A stretch of 60,437 bases of DNA, filler included. It is 4 parts of 4 records of this genome, joined end to end, with 100 filler letters (N's around TTAATTAATTAA, not from the genome) between each part and the next. Parts side by side here need not be neighbours in the genome. Positions count along the whole stretch, not along the records: positions 1 to 17,315 come from SRR22947727_38; positions 17,416 to 42,083 come from SRR22947727_43; 2 more parts are not named here. The stretch is one strand, 5' to 3'. Position 1 is the first letter of the stretch; every line of letters begins with the position of its first letter. Under the pieces are notes generated by a model. The model searched no databases, was not told where the DNA came from, and saw nothing but the letters and a program-made list of their open reading frames with translations. Of the stretch, positions 10,629 to 20,580 are shown piece by piece. The position numbers and the translations under genes are program-made.

Positions 10629-12032
10629 TTAAGTTCCACAAAAAGTTTGGTAAACTTTTTCTTCGTTTGTAGGTTCCCTTATATATTCATCTGGAATACT
10701 AAACTCATATGGGTTTTTTAATAAAGATATAAATTTATTTAAATTTTTAAAATTTCCATTTGTGGACTCGTTAAGTACCTTTTCAACAATATGATTTCTG
10801 GGCACTATTTTAGGATTTGAATATTTAGGTTTTTTTGTTTTTTTGTTTAATTCTTTTCTTTGATTAAGTTTAGATATCCAATCAAGCATAAAATCAAATT
10901 TTTGTAATGTATTATTTTCAATCAAAAGAAAAGTGTTTGTGTAATCAAGTTTAAATATTTGCATTAAATCAAGTAATTCTTTTATTAACTCATTATCTTT
11001 TTCATGATTATCATTAATTCCAATTTTATCTTTCATCATTTCTAACCACTTATCATTATACTCAGTCTCATATTTTTTAAGAATATATTCAATTTTTTTT
11101 ATTGCTATTTCTTCTTTACTATCAACTAAATGAAGAAAAGTTTCAGCTAAGCGTGCCAAATTCCATAAGGCAATTTTCGGCTGATTATTGAATGCGTATC
11201 TTCCATTTTTATCAATAGAGCTAAAAACTTTATTTGGATTATACTCATCTAAAAAAGCACAAGGTCCATAATCAATTGTTTCGCCAGATAAAGACATATT
11301 ATCAGTATTCATTACACCGTGAACAAAACCAACTCTTTGCCAATCTAATATTAAATTCATTTGTTCACTTGTTATTTTATCAAAAAATTTTAAATATTTG
11401 TCATCTTCATTCAATAATTCAGGATAAAGTCTATTTATAGAGTACTCCATTAATTCTTTCAAATCGCTTTGTTTTTTGCTCAAACTTGCAAGTTGAAATG
11501 TTCCAACTCTTATATGACTTTTAGCAACCCTAACTAAAACTCCCCCATCTTCAAATGTTTCTCTTCTGATTTTTTGACCTGTATTTAAAATCGCTAGTGA
11601 TCTTGTTGTTTTTATATTTAAATTATACATTGCTTCACTTACGATATATTCTCTTAACATTGACTTTAATGTTCCTTTTCCATCCCCATTTCTAGAATAA
11701 GGTGTCCTTCCAGATCCTTTAAGCTGTATATCAAATCTCTCTTTATTAGCATTAATATGTTCACCCAATAAAGTAGCTCTACCATCTCCTAGAATTGTAA
11801 AATGACCAAATTGATGACCTGCATATGCTTGAGAGAAGGAATTTAATTGTTTGTTGTAAATTGTATCTAATAATAAATTATCAAAATTTTCATGATTAAT
11901 ATTGAGAGTATCCATTAAATCTTTATTTTTTAATATTAACTCTAATTTTGGAAAATTTTCTGCTTTTGTTTTTGAATAAAAAATATCAGGTAATTCTAAA
12001 TATGAATTTTCAAAATTCCAATTGTTTAGCAT
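10629..12032 (-). CDS. selO: Protein adenylyltransferase SelO (YdiU/UPF0061)
   Basis: YAGHQFG, LGDGR, QLKGSG.TPYSR, GFVHGVMNTDN, DYGP and C-terminal TFCGT. Confidence 0.93.
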   Translation of the reverse strand: MLNNWNFENSYLELPDIFYSKTKAENFPKLELILKNKDLMDTLNINHENFDNLLLDTIYNKQLNSFSQAYAGHQFGHFTILGDGRATLLGEHINANKERFDIQLKGSGRTPYSRNGDGKGTLKSMLREYIVSEAMYNLNIKTTRSLAILNTGQKIRRETFEDGGVLVRVAKSHIRVGTFQLASLSKKQSDLKELMEYSINRLYPELLNEDDKYLKFFDKITSEQMNLILDWQRVGFVHGVMNTDNMSLSGETIDYGPCAFLDEYNPNKVFSSIDKNGRYAFNNQPKIALWNLARLAETFLHLVDSKEEIAIKKIEYILKKYETEYNDKWLEMMKDKIGINDNHEKDNELIKELLDLMQIFKLDYTNTFLLIENNTLQKFDFMLDWISKLNQRKELNKKTKKPKYSNPKIVPRNHIVEKVLNESTNGNFKNLNKFISLLKNPYEFSIPDEYIREPTNEEKVYQTFCGT

Positions 12033-12100
12033 ATAATTAATTTTAATATTTATATTGATTAAGCAGTTCTGTCAGTTAAAATAGAATAATAACTTTTTGT

Positions 12101-12505
12101 ATGATTAAAAATAATAGATCCTTGAATGCTTCTTGTTTATGCAAAGGTATAGTTATGACAATAAAAGGTGAATTTAGACCTGTTATTAATTGCCATTGTA
12201 TACAGTGTACAAAAACGCATGGCAACTATGCTGCATATACATCAGTTTTAGAAGAAAATATTACTTATAAATCAAAAAGCACTCTTAAATGGTTCACTTC
12301 TTCAACTAAAGCTAAGAGAGGTTTTTGTAAAAGATGTGGTGCCAGTGTATTTTTTAAAAGACTTGGAAGTAGAGCAATATCAATATCAGCAGGACTTTTT
12401 AAAAATCCAACAAAATTAGAAACTACTTCTCATATATATACAAATAACAAGAGAGATTATTATAATATATCAGATAATTTACCAAAATTTAAAAAAGATA
12501 CCTAA
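12101..12505 (+). CDS. GFA (glutathione-dependent formaldehyde-activating / CENP-V) family Zn protein
   Basis: CLC, CHCxxC and FCxxCG cysteine pattern. Confidence 0.88.
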   Translation: MIKNNRSLNASCLCKGIVMTIKGEFRPVINCHCIQCTKTHGNYAAYTSVLEENITYKSKSTLKWFTSSTKAKRGFCKRCGASVFFKRLGSRAISISAGLFKNPTKLETTSHIYTNNKRDYYNISDNLPKFKKDT

Positions 12506-12509
12506 TTTA

Positions 12510-13292
12510 ATGAACAGCATCAATTCCATCATAGATTTTAGCAAACATCCAATAGATGACATTAAATATCTTAACAATTGTAACTCATTAATAAAAAAAA
12601 ACTCATTATTGGTGTTAGAAGATTTTTTATCAAAAAAAAGTTTGGATAATATACTAACTGAGGCGAAAAAATTAGAGAGCAAGGCTTTTTATTGTGAGCA
12701 ACAACATACAATTTTATTATCAAAACAATCAGATAGTATAGATAAGAGTGACCCTCTAAATATTTTAATGACTAGTGATAAAGGTTGTGTCCCACATGAT
12801 TTATTAAGTAAATCTTCAGATTTAAATATTTTATATAATTCTGATATCTTTAAATCTTTCATTAGAAAAGTTCTAAATTTAGATAAAATTTTTCCTTATG
12901 CAGATAATTTATCATCAATTAATTTAAATTATTATCAAAAAGGGCAGCAATTAGGATGGCATTTTGATAACGCATCTTTTGCTATTACCTTAATGATACA
13001 ATCATCTACTCTTGGTGGTGAATTTGAGTATATAACCGAAGGAAGAGTATCTCATATTAATCACATTGATAAAAAATTAATATCTAATGTTATTGAGGGA
13101 AAGAGTGAACCTAATTTATTGAATGTTAGTGAAGGAACTTTAATATTATTTTATGGAAGAAATTATTTACATAGAGTTACTCCAGTACAGAGTGACACAC
13201 CAAGAATACTTATAACACTAAATTATAATGAAGAAAATAATATAGAATTATCAGAAAATGCAAGATTAACTTTTTTTGGCAGAACTAATTAA
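12510..13292 (+). CDS. Fe(II)/2-oxoglutarate oxygenase, BesD/HalD/ArpA-like family (HxD type)
   Basis: LGWHFD, GGEFEY, GR..LHRVTPV and R motifs; C-terminal FFGR. Confidence 0.75.
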   Translation: MNSINSIIDFSKHPIDDIKYLNNCNSLIKKNSLLVLEDFLSKKSLDNILTEAKKLESKAFYCEQQHTILLSKQSDSIDKSDPLNILMTSDKGCVPHDLLSKSSDLNILYNSDIFKSFIRKVLNLDKIFPYADNLSSINLNYYQKGQQLGWHFDNASFAITLMIQSSTLGGEFEYITEGRVSHINHIDKKLISNVIEGKSEPNLLNVSEGTLILFYGRNYLHRVTPVQSDTPRILITLNYNEENNIELSENARLTFFGRTN

Positions 13293-13438
13293 TTTATTAA
13301 CAACTTTTAAAACTACTTAAATATTAGACTGCTATTGGAAAAGAACCAATCTCAATGAAGTATGTGCCTGATATGAGTAAATTTTTTCGTTATGGCAGTG
13401 ATAAAACATTGAGAGATATAAATACAAAAAGTTACTTA

Positions 13439-14245
13439 TTAGTTATAATTATAATAAAATAATTGCTCACCTTTTGATTTAAAATTATTTATTAATTCTT
13501 TGACTTCATCTGTCTTAAACCAATCAATATATTTTTTAGCATCTTTATAGTTTAAGTTATTATTGAGCTGTGAATTAACAAGAATTATTCCATATTGATT
13601 AAAAAGAGGAGGAAAATCTTCACATACAATTTTTAAGTTATCTCTTTTATTAAATGCAATCCAAGTACTTCTATCTGATAATGTGTATCCTTTTTTTTCA
13701 TTTGCAATTAGCAATGTACTTCCCATTCCTTGACCAACACTTAAATACCATTTTTTATTTTTATTAATTTTAATATCAGCTAAATTCCACATTTCTAATT
13801 CTTTTCGATGTGTTCCGCTATCATCACCTCTAGATATAAATAGAAATTTATTTGTGTGAATTTCCTCTAATTTTTGCTGAACGGATTTACATAAGCCTTT
13901 ATCATTTTTTGGTCCAACCAAGACATAATCATTATACATTATCTCATGTCTTTCAGCGCCATAGCCATTATTCATAAAATCTAGTTCTGAAGGTTTGTGA
14001 TGTACAAGTAAAATTTCAGCGTTACCATCTTTTGCAGTTCTGATTGCTTGACCTGTTCCAAGAGATAATACTTGAACCCTAACATTATATTTTTTGTAAA
14101 ACTCTTCATTTAATAAGTTAAGTAGACCTGTATCGTAGGTTGAGGTTGTACTAGCTATAATAATTTTATCTTCGCTCTTAACTATAGTTGCAAAAATAAT
14201 TATTAATGAAAATACTAATAATTTAAAACTAGAAGTAAAATTCAT
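13439..14245 (-). CDS. tupA: Tungstate ABC transporter substrate-binding protein (TupA family)
   Basis: STTSTYDTGLL, GTGQA, SRGDDSGTH, GQGMG and YTLSDR motifs; signal peptide. Confidence 0.85.
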   Translation of the reverse strand: MNFTSSFKLLVFSLIIIFATIVKSEDKIIIASTTSTYDTGLLNLLNEEFYKKYNVRVQVLSLGTGQAIRTAKDGNAEILLVHHKPSELDFMNNGYGAERHEIMYNDYVLVGPKNDKGLCKSVQQKLEEIHTNKFLFISRGDDSGTHRKELEMWNLADIKINKNKKWYLSVGQGMGSTLLIANEKKGYTLSDRSTWIAFNKRDNLKIVCEDFPPLFNQYGIILVNSQLNNNLNYKDAKKYIDWFKTDEVKELINNFKSKGEQLFYYNYN

Positions 14246-15051
14246 TAATTAGGAATCTTTAAAGTATAGGATGTCCATAATGAATGCCATTTAGCATACT
14301 TGTCCTTTTTTTTATTACTGCCTTCAATTATAACAACACTTTCAATTAGGTATTTTTTATCTTTTTTAAAAAAATAATTAAAGTAACCTTCGTTGTTTGT
14401 TTTTAAAAATTCTTTCTTAAATTGATTTTCATTAAAGCTCATTATTGAAACTTGATGGTCAGTTAAAATTTTATTTTGATATTCTAACATCACTCTCTTA
14501 CTTTCCTTTAAATTTATTAGTGGGTTGTCTAAAAATATTAATTCTAGTTCCATATTTGTATCGACATCATTTCCATCAAAATTATCAACGCTAACTAAAG
14601 ATTTTGCATACCTTTTGTAACTTTCAACAAAATTATCAGGGTAGTTTTTTTCTTTGTGTATGTCTATTAAGTTTCGATATCCTTTTTTTCGTGAAAAAAC
14701 TTCAAATTTTACTAACCCGCTATAATCTATGTAGTTCATTTTTGATTCGACCTGTATTATATTTAATCCAGTGAATGTTTCTTTTATATTAAGAGCAGGA
14801 AAATCACCCATTCTTCCCTTTATTTTTTTTTTCTTATCTTTAGAAAATAAATTTAGATTTTTAAAATATTTTTTGGAAAAACCTATTTGAGTCCCTTCAA
14901 ATCTATCTCCAATAAATACACTAGCATTTATAATTTCATTATTTTTTAAATGATATTTTACTGGATCAATCCAAAATTCATGACTTAAACTGATTTTTGA
15001 TATTGAACTTAAAAAAATAATAAATATTAGTTTATTGATAAAAAATTTCAC
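14245..15051 (-). CDS. DUF4198 family periplasmic protein (Ni/Co uptake-associated)
   Basis: Signal peptide followed by HEFWIDP; E.Y.RYAKSL and W.SLW.S.T motifs; GTG start. Confidence 0.75.
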   Translation of the reverse strand: MKFFINKLIFIIFLSSISKISLSHEFWIDPVKYHLKNNEIINASVFIGDRFEGTQIGFSKKYFKNLNLFSKDKKKKIKGRMGDFPALNIKETFTGLNIIQVESKMNYIDYSGLVKFEVFSRKKGYRNLIDIHKEKNYPDNFVESYKRYAKSLVSVDNFDGNDVDTNMELELIFLDNPLINLKESKRVMLEYQNKILTDHQVSIMSFNENQFKKEFLKTNNEGYFNYFFKKDKKYLIESVVIIEGSNKKKDKYAKWHSLWTSYTLKIPN

Positions 15052-15052
15052 A

Positions 15053-16201
15053 ATGCTTTCTTATATTAAATTTATAAAATTATATCTATTCATAATTATT
15101 TCTATTTTTTTTTGTAATAGCTCTATTGGTCATGAAATTAAACCTTCAATAGCAGATTTTACTTATGATGAAAATTATTTGAATATTGAGGTCAGATTAA
15201 ATGCTGAATTAATATTATCTAATATTGATGCTTCAAACATATCTAATACTAATTCTTCCCCACTTACAGAAATTTATGATCGATATCGTCTATTAGATAA
15301 AAAAGATCTTGAAAATTCTATTTTAGAGTCTTGGAAAGATATCAGTTCTAATATTGACATAAAAATAAATAATAAATTAAAAAAAATTGATCTCATAAAA
15401 ATTGAAACACAAGACGTTAAAAATTTTGAAATAAGTAGAGACACATTAATATACTTAAGAGTCTTGCTAAATCAGAAATCTGAATATTTTACTTTTCAAT
15501 GGATTAAAAATTATGGTCCAATCATTTTAAGAGAAAACAATGATTTAAAAATAGAAGATGAATTAGTTACAGAATATTTGCAGTCAGGAACTGAATCTGA
15601 TCCAATATATTTTAACGAAAATAATATTAGATCTATGTTTATTAGTTTTACCAAATTTTTTGTTTTGGGAATTCAGCATATAATACCTAAAGGTTTAGAT
15701 CATATTCTTTTTATTTTTGGACTTTTTTTATTTTCATCTTCTTTAAATAAACTAATTAAACAAATTACTATATTTACTATTGCTCATTCAATAACATTAA
15801 TTTTTGTTTCGTTATCTCTAATTAAAATTAATCCTCAAATTGTTGAGCCAATTATTGCACTTTCAATTGTTTATGTTGGTTTAGAAAATATTTTTAAAAA
15901 CTACATAAAAGAATATATGAGATATGTTGTTATTTTATTTTTTGGATTACTTCATGGTCTCGGGTTTGCACTTGTTCTAAGTGATATTGGCTACAGAAGT
16001 TCTAAATTATTTTTAAATCTTATTTCTTTTAATATTGGTATTGAGGTAGCGCAGATTTCAATAATATTATTATTGTATTTATTAATAGTGATAAAGTTTG
16101 CTAAAAATAAGTATTACAGAATTGCTTTTCAAATACCATCTTCTATTTTGATAGCAAGTATTGGTTTGTATTGGTTTGCTGAAAGAATTGGTAATCTTTA
16201 A
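15053..16201 (+). CDS. HupE/UreJ family (HupE_UreJ_2) membrane protein with N-terminal periplasmic domain
   Basis: G..HI...GLDHILF, FTIAHSITL, FGLLHGLGFA and FNIGIE.AQ motifs. Confidence 0.85.
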   Translation: MLSYIKFIKLYLFIIISIFFCNSSIGHEIKPSIADFTYDENYLNIEVRLNAELILSNIDASNISNTNSSPLTEIYDRYRLLDKKDLENSILESWKDISSNIDIKINNKLKKIDLIKIETQDVKNFEISRDTLIYLRVLLNQKSEYFTFQWIKNYGPIILRENNDLKIEDELVTEYLQSGTESDPIYFNENNIRSMFISFTKFFVLGIQHIIPKGLDHILFIFGLFLFSSSLNKLIKQITIFTIAHSITLIFVSLSLIKINPQIVEPIIALSIVYVGLENIFKNYIKEYMRYVVILFFGLLHGLGFALVLSDIGYRSSKLFLNLISFNIGIEVAQISIILLLYLLIVIKFAKNKYYRIAFQIPSSILIASIGLYWFAERIGNL

Positions 16202-16245
16202 TCAAAGCAACAAAAAATTTACAATAATGTACTTAATTTATCTAA

Positions 16246-16596
16246 TTAAATAAAAATTCCAAATTTCTTAAGTAAAAAAGTAAAGATAAAATAAATAATA
16301 GCTGTACCAATAATTGATATTATAATTGAAATTACAAAATTATATTTAAGTTTCAAAAGTATCGGTAAAATTATAAAAAATGCAAATGAAGGCACGCTTA
16401 ATAGTATAGTGCCATATGACAAGTCTATTACCTTTTGGTAATCTTTTGTATCAACATAAAGCCAAATAAAAGCTAATAAAGAGGTAAATGGAATTGATAT
16501 GATGATTGCACCAATGAATGTTGATTTTTTGGCTACCTCTGAAACTACAACGACAACTAAGGCAGTTATGATTAATTTCATTAAATAATAAGTCAT
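16246..16596 (-). CDS. DUF3147-like small membrane protein
   Basis: K..ITA..VV.VSE.AK.S...GA.I.S.P.TS.LA..WLY pattern. Confidence 0.7.
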   Translation of the reverse strand: MTYYLMKLIITALVVVVVSEVAKKSTFIGAIIISIPFTSLLAFIWLYVDTKDYQKVIDLSYGTILLSVPSFAFFIILPILLKLKYNFVISIIISIIGTAIIYFIFTFLLKKFGIFI

Positions 16597-16611
16597 TTTA
16601 TTTCTAATACC

Positions 16612-17315
16612 TCAATCTAATTTATTTAGTAAATAAATAGAGGTAATAACTATTAAACCTCCTAAAAAAACAATTAAAGTTGGAATCTCATTAAAAATCA
16701 CCATTGTTTGCAGAATACCAAAAATTGGAAATAGTGCATAAAATGGAAAAACTTTATTTACAGGATATATTTTATAAAGATAAAACATCGACATATGTGC
16801 AGCAATGGAGACAAAAATAGCTGAGTGTAAAATTAGTAACCAAGACTTAAAGTTAATATTAATTAAATTATTTAAAGTATTACCTTCAAATATATATGAG
16901 GTTGTAAATAAGAAGAAAAAACCACATAATCCCATAATACAGTTTGTCATTGTTACATCTAATTCTTTTAAGTAACGTGAAAATACCTGCGCACTGGCGT
17001 AAAAGAATGCCATAAAGCTTATAAGGAACAATGCAAAAATTTCATTTTTAATTAATGAATCAAAACCTAAAATGCTAACTCCAATAAAAGAAGTAAAAAT
17101 AAAAATCCATTTTCTGAAGTTTACTTTTTCTTTTAAGAAAAAAGAACTCAGTAATATTGCAAAAGGTATTGCTAACTGTGATCCAATAATTATTGGTGAC
17201 ACTATTGCTGCTTCTTTTAAAGATAATGTCATGAATAAGTTAACCATAAATCCCATGCAAATTGAAAAAAAGAATAAGGGAAGCCAATATTTTTTTTCAG
17301 GAATTTTAAATTTCC
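16612..17315 (-). CDS. EamA/DMT family transporter (5' truncated at contig end)
   Basis: Multiple TM helices, LKEKV motif, P.FG and E.P motifs; frame stays open to the linker. Confidence 0.8.
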
Positions 17316-17415
17316 NNNNNNNNNNNNNNNNNNNNNNNNNNNNNNNNNNNNNNNNNNNNTTAATTAATTAANNNNNNNNNNNNNNNNNNNNNNNNNNNNN
17401 NNNNNNNNNNNNNNN
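17316..17415. other. Artificial contig linker N44-TTAATTAATTAA-N44
   Basis: Identical 100-bp spacer with stops in all six frames; gene content changes phylum across it. Confidence 0.97.
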
Positions 17416-18626
<1,211 letters not shown>

Positions 18627-18666
18627 AATATGATTATTTAGATAATTTAATTTTATGTACAACTAG

Positions 18667-18684
18667 TGTCATAAATTGTGCCAA
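18667..18684 (-). promoter_or_regulatory. Candidate sigma54 (-24/-12) promoter of groES
   Basis: Minus strand TTGGCACAATTTATGACA: perfect TGGCAC -24 box, GG-N10-GA spacing, degenerate -12. Confidence 0.5.
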
Positions 18685-18706
18685 TTCAGTTTTATGACAA
18701 AACCGT

Positions 18707-18742
18707 AAAAAAAAATGCCAGCTTGTCATAAGCTGGCATTTT
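18707..18742 (-). terminator. Intrinsic terminator after secG (possibly bidirectional)
   Basis: Stem ATGCCAGCTT / AAGCTGGCAT with a 5-nt loop, flanked by A and T runs (U-tract on the minus strand). Confidence 0.75.
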
Positions 18743-18778
18743 AAATATCTTAAAAAAGACCTTTTGTCTTTCAGGGTA

Positions 18779-19150
18779 TTACTCTTGAGTATCTTCTGAT
18801 TTTGCTGGAACCTCTAAAGTTTCCAAAGGAACTTCAACAGCTTCTTCAAGGAGTACTTCTGGAGCTGCAGTATTAATTTCAGTATCTAAAAGTTTAGAAT
18901 CTGCACCCGCGTAATTGCCTTTTAAAGCTACGTTTGAAAGTAAAATTAAAACAATTAAAAGCGTGGCAAGTGTCCAAGTACTCTTGTCTAAAAAGTCGCC
19001 TGTTTTTTTAACGCCACCAACTACTTGGCTTGAACCTCCTCCTAATGAAGAAGACAATCCGCCACCTTTAGGGTTTTGGACCATAATAACAAGCATTAGT
19101 AAAACACTAACAATAAGGATCAGGATTAGAAATATGGTAAATGTACTCAT
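18779..19150 (-). CDS. secG: Preprotein translocase subunit SecG
   Basis: VQNPKGGGLSS and FLDKSTW motifs; two TM segments. Confidence 0.93.
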   Translation of the reverse strand: MSTFTIFLILILIVSVLLMLVIMVQNPKGGGLSSSLGGGSSQVVGGVKKTGDFLDKSTWTLATLLIVLILLSNVALKGNYAGADSKLLDTEINTAAPEVLLEEAVEVPLETLEVPAKSEDTQE

Positions 19151-19152
19151 GA

Positions 19153-19995
19153 CTATAAATTCTCTTTAATTAATTTTTGTACCACTTTAATTTGGCTTGC
19201 AAAGAAACTATTTTTTTCTGGATATTTCAAACTTAATATTTTATAGGCTTGAAGGGCTTTTTTATATTTTTTTTGCTCTAAGTAAACCCTGGCTAGTGTT
19301 TCTGTCATTAACGCTTTCTTGTTTATTTTCTGAGCGTCTTTAATCGTTATTTCTTCTGGGTTTGTCAAAGGAGTACTCATCTTAGGGTTTGTGGCTATAA
19401 AGGCATTAATTTGTGCCATTTTAGCTGCTTTTTTAGGCGTATCGGAGGTTTTTACAATGCTTGTTTCAGTTTTGTTCTCAACAGAATTTTTAGCACTCAA
19501 TTGCAGCCACTCTTCAAAAGAATATCGATCATTTTTGTTAAATTCTAGTGGTTTACCGAGCTCAAGGGAAGAAAAGTTTGCTTCTTTGACTTGCTGAGAG
19601 TCGTTTTTTTTATCCGAAGTTTGTTCCGTGTAATCTTCTTCAGTATATTTTTGAGTAATAGTGGGTATTTCCGATGGTTCTGCGCCTTGTTTTGCTAGGT
19701 CTGTTTCTTTAGAAAGCGAGGTTTGAGGCGCTTTCTTCACTTTTGTCTGGCTGTTAAAAGCTTCTTGTGTGATTATTTCAAAAAGCCAAGAGCGATCCGA
19801 GGTGTAGGCAGCATGTTTTTTTAGGGCGGCGTTGTATTTAAAGCTATTAGCGTTTTTTAAGCCTATTAATTCCATTCCTCTGGCTGCCTGAAAATAAGGG
19901 TAAGTTTCCACAATCTGTCGCAATGCAGACAGGTCTGACTCTTGTATTATTTCCAAAGGTTTTTCTAATAGATCTGTAAAGCGACTTACTTGCAT
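19153..19995 (-). CDS. Conserved Bacteroidota protein with C-terminal TPR-like segment
   Basis: YPYFQ and MTETLARVYLEQKKY.KA..AY.IL.LKYPEK motifs; typical lptE-X-secG context. Confidence 0.7.
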   Translation of the reverse strand: MQVSRFTDLLEKPLEIIQESDLSALRQIVETYPYFQAARGMELIGLKNANSFKYNAALKKHAAYTSDRSWLFEIITQEAFNSQTKVKKAPQTSLSKETDLAKQGAEPSEIPTITQKYTEEDYTEQTSDKKNDSQQVKEANFSSLELGKPLEFNKNDRYSFEEWLQLSAKNSVENKTETSIVKTSDTPKKAAKMAQINAFIATNPKMSTPLTNPEEITIKDAQKINKKALMTETLARVYLEQKKYKKALQAYKILSLKYPEKNSFFASQIKVVQKLIKENL

Positions 19996-20037
19996 GTGGC
20001 TAATATAAGGAGTTCCCTTTAAATAGTTGTCTATGGT

Positions 20038-20580
20038 TTACCAGTCTGCTAGAGAGGCACTAAATATATCCTGGAGTATCCTTTCAAATATGGCATCAAA
20101 AGCGTCATTCTTGACACTGTCTAGCATGGAATCTGCTGGGTAGTCATAAAAAAACGAAAATCTTTTTTCAAAATCTGCGTCTTCTTTGGTCGTGTTGAAA
20201 AAACGCACATTAATACCTATAGTTAACCTGTTTTGAGCCGCAGTTTGTTGGGCAGTTGCAGACATTGGAGATACCCTGAACTCTACAATTTCCCCCTCAT
20301 AAATAAGATCTCCGTTGGTATTTGTGAGGTCTAGACTGGTTTGATTTTGTATGAAATCTTGCAATGCTAGGGTAAAAGTATTGTCTAAGCCAGGTTCTAT
20401 GGTAGAGCCTGGATTGTCTGAGGCGTAGTTTTGAAAAAAGTTTACCTGAAATGTTTTAGCTGTACCCACATTCCCTCCTGTGAAATTGTAAATTCCACAG
20501 CCGTTTAGTTTTAGTGCAATGATTATGATTAGGGCTATTTTAATTTCTAACCTAAAAGTTTTAAATGTATAATGGCGCAT
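20038..20580 (-). CDS. lptE: LptE family LPS-assembly lipoprotein (Bacteroidota)
   Basis: LNGC lipobox followed by GIYNFTG; NRLTI.INVRF; C-terminal W. Confidence 0.8.
   Translation of the reverse strand: MRHYTFKTFRLEIKIALIIIIALKLNGCGIYNFTGGNVGTAKTFQVNFFQNYASDNPGSTIEPGLDNTFTLALQDFIQNQTSLDLTNTNGDLIYEGEIVEFRVSPMSATAQQTAAQNRLTIGINVRFFNTTKEDADFEKRFSFFYDYPADSMLDSVKNDAFDAIFERILQDIFSASLADW

Noticed and set aside
10629..10646. Possible selenocysteine in SelO
   Set aside because: The C-terminus is TFCGT ending in TAA, with no in-frame TGA.
13293..13438. 146-bp spacer with a short open frame (TAIGKEPISMKYVPDMSKFFRYGSDKTL...) as a gene remnant or riboswitch
   Set aside because: No family I can recognise and no convincing RNA structure. 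It lies between convergent gene ends, so it is not a leader.
17360..17371. TTAATTAATTAA palindrome repeated three times within N runs
   Set aside because: Synthetic six-frame-stop linker, not a biological repeat. ORFs running into it (17072-17371, 41948-42139) are artefacts.
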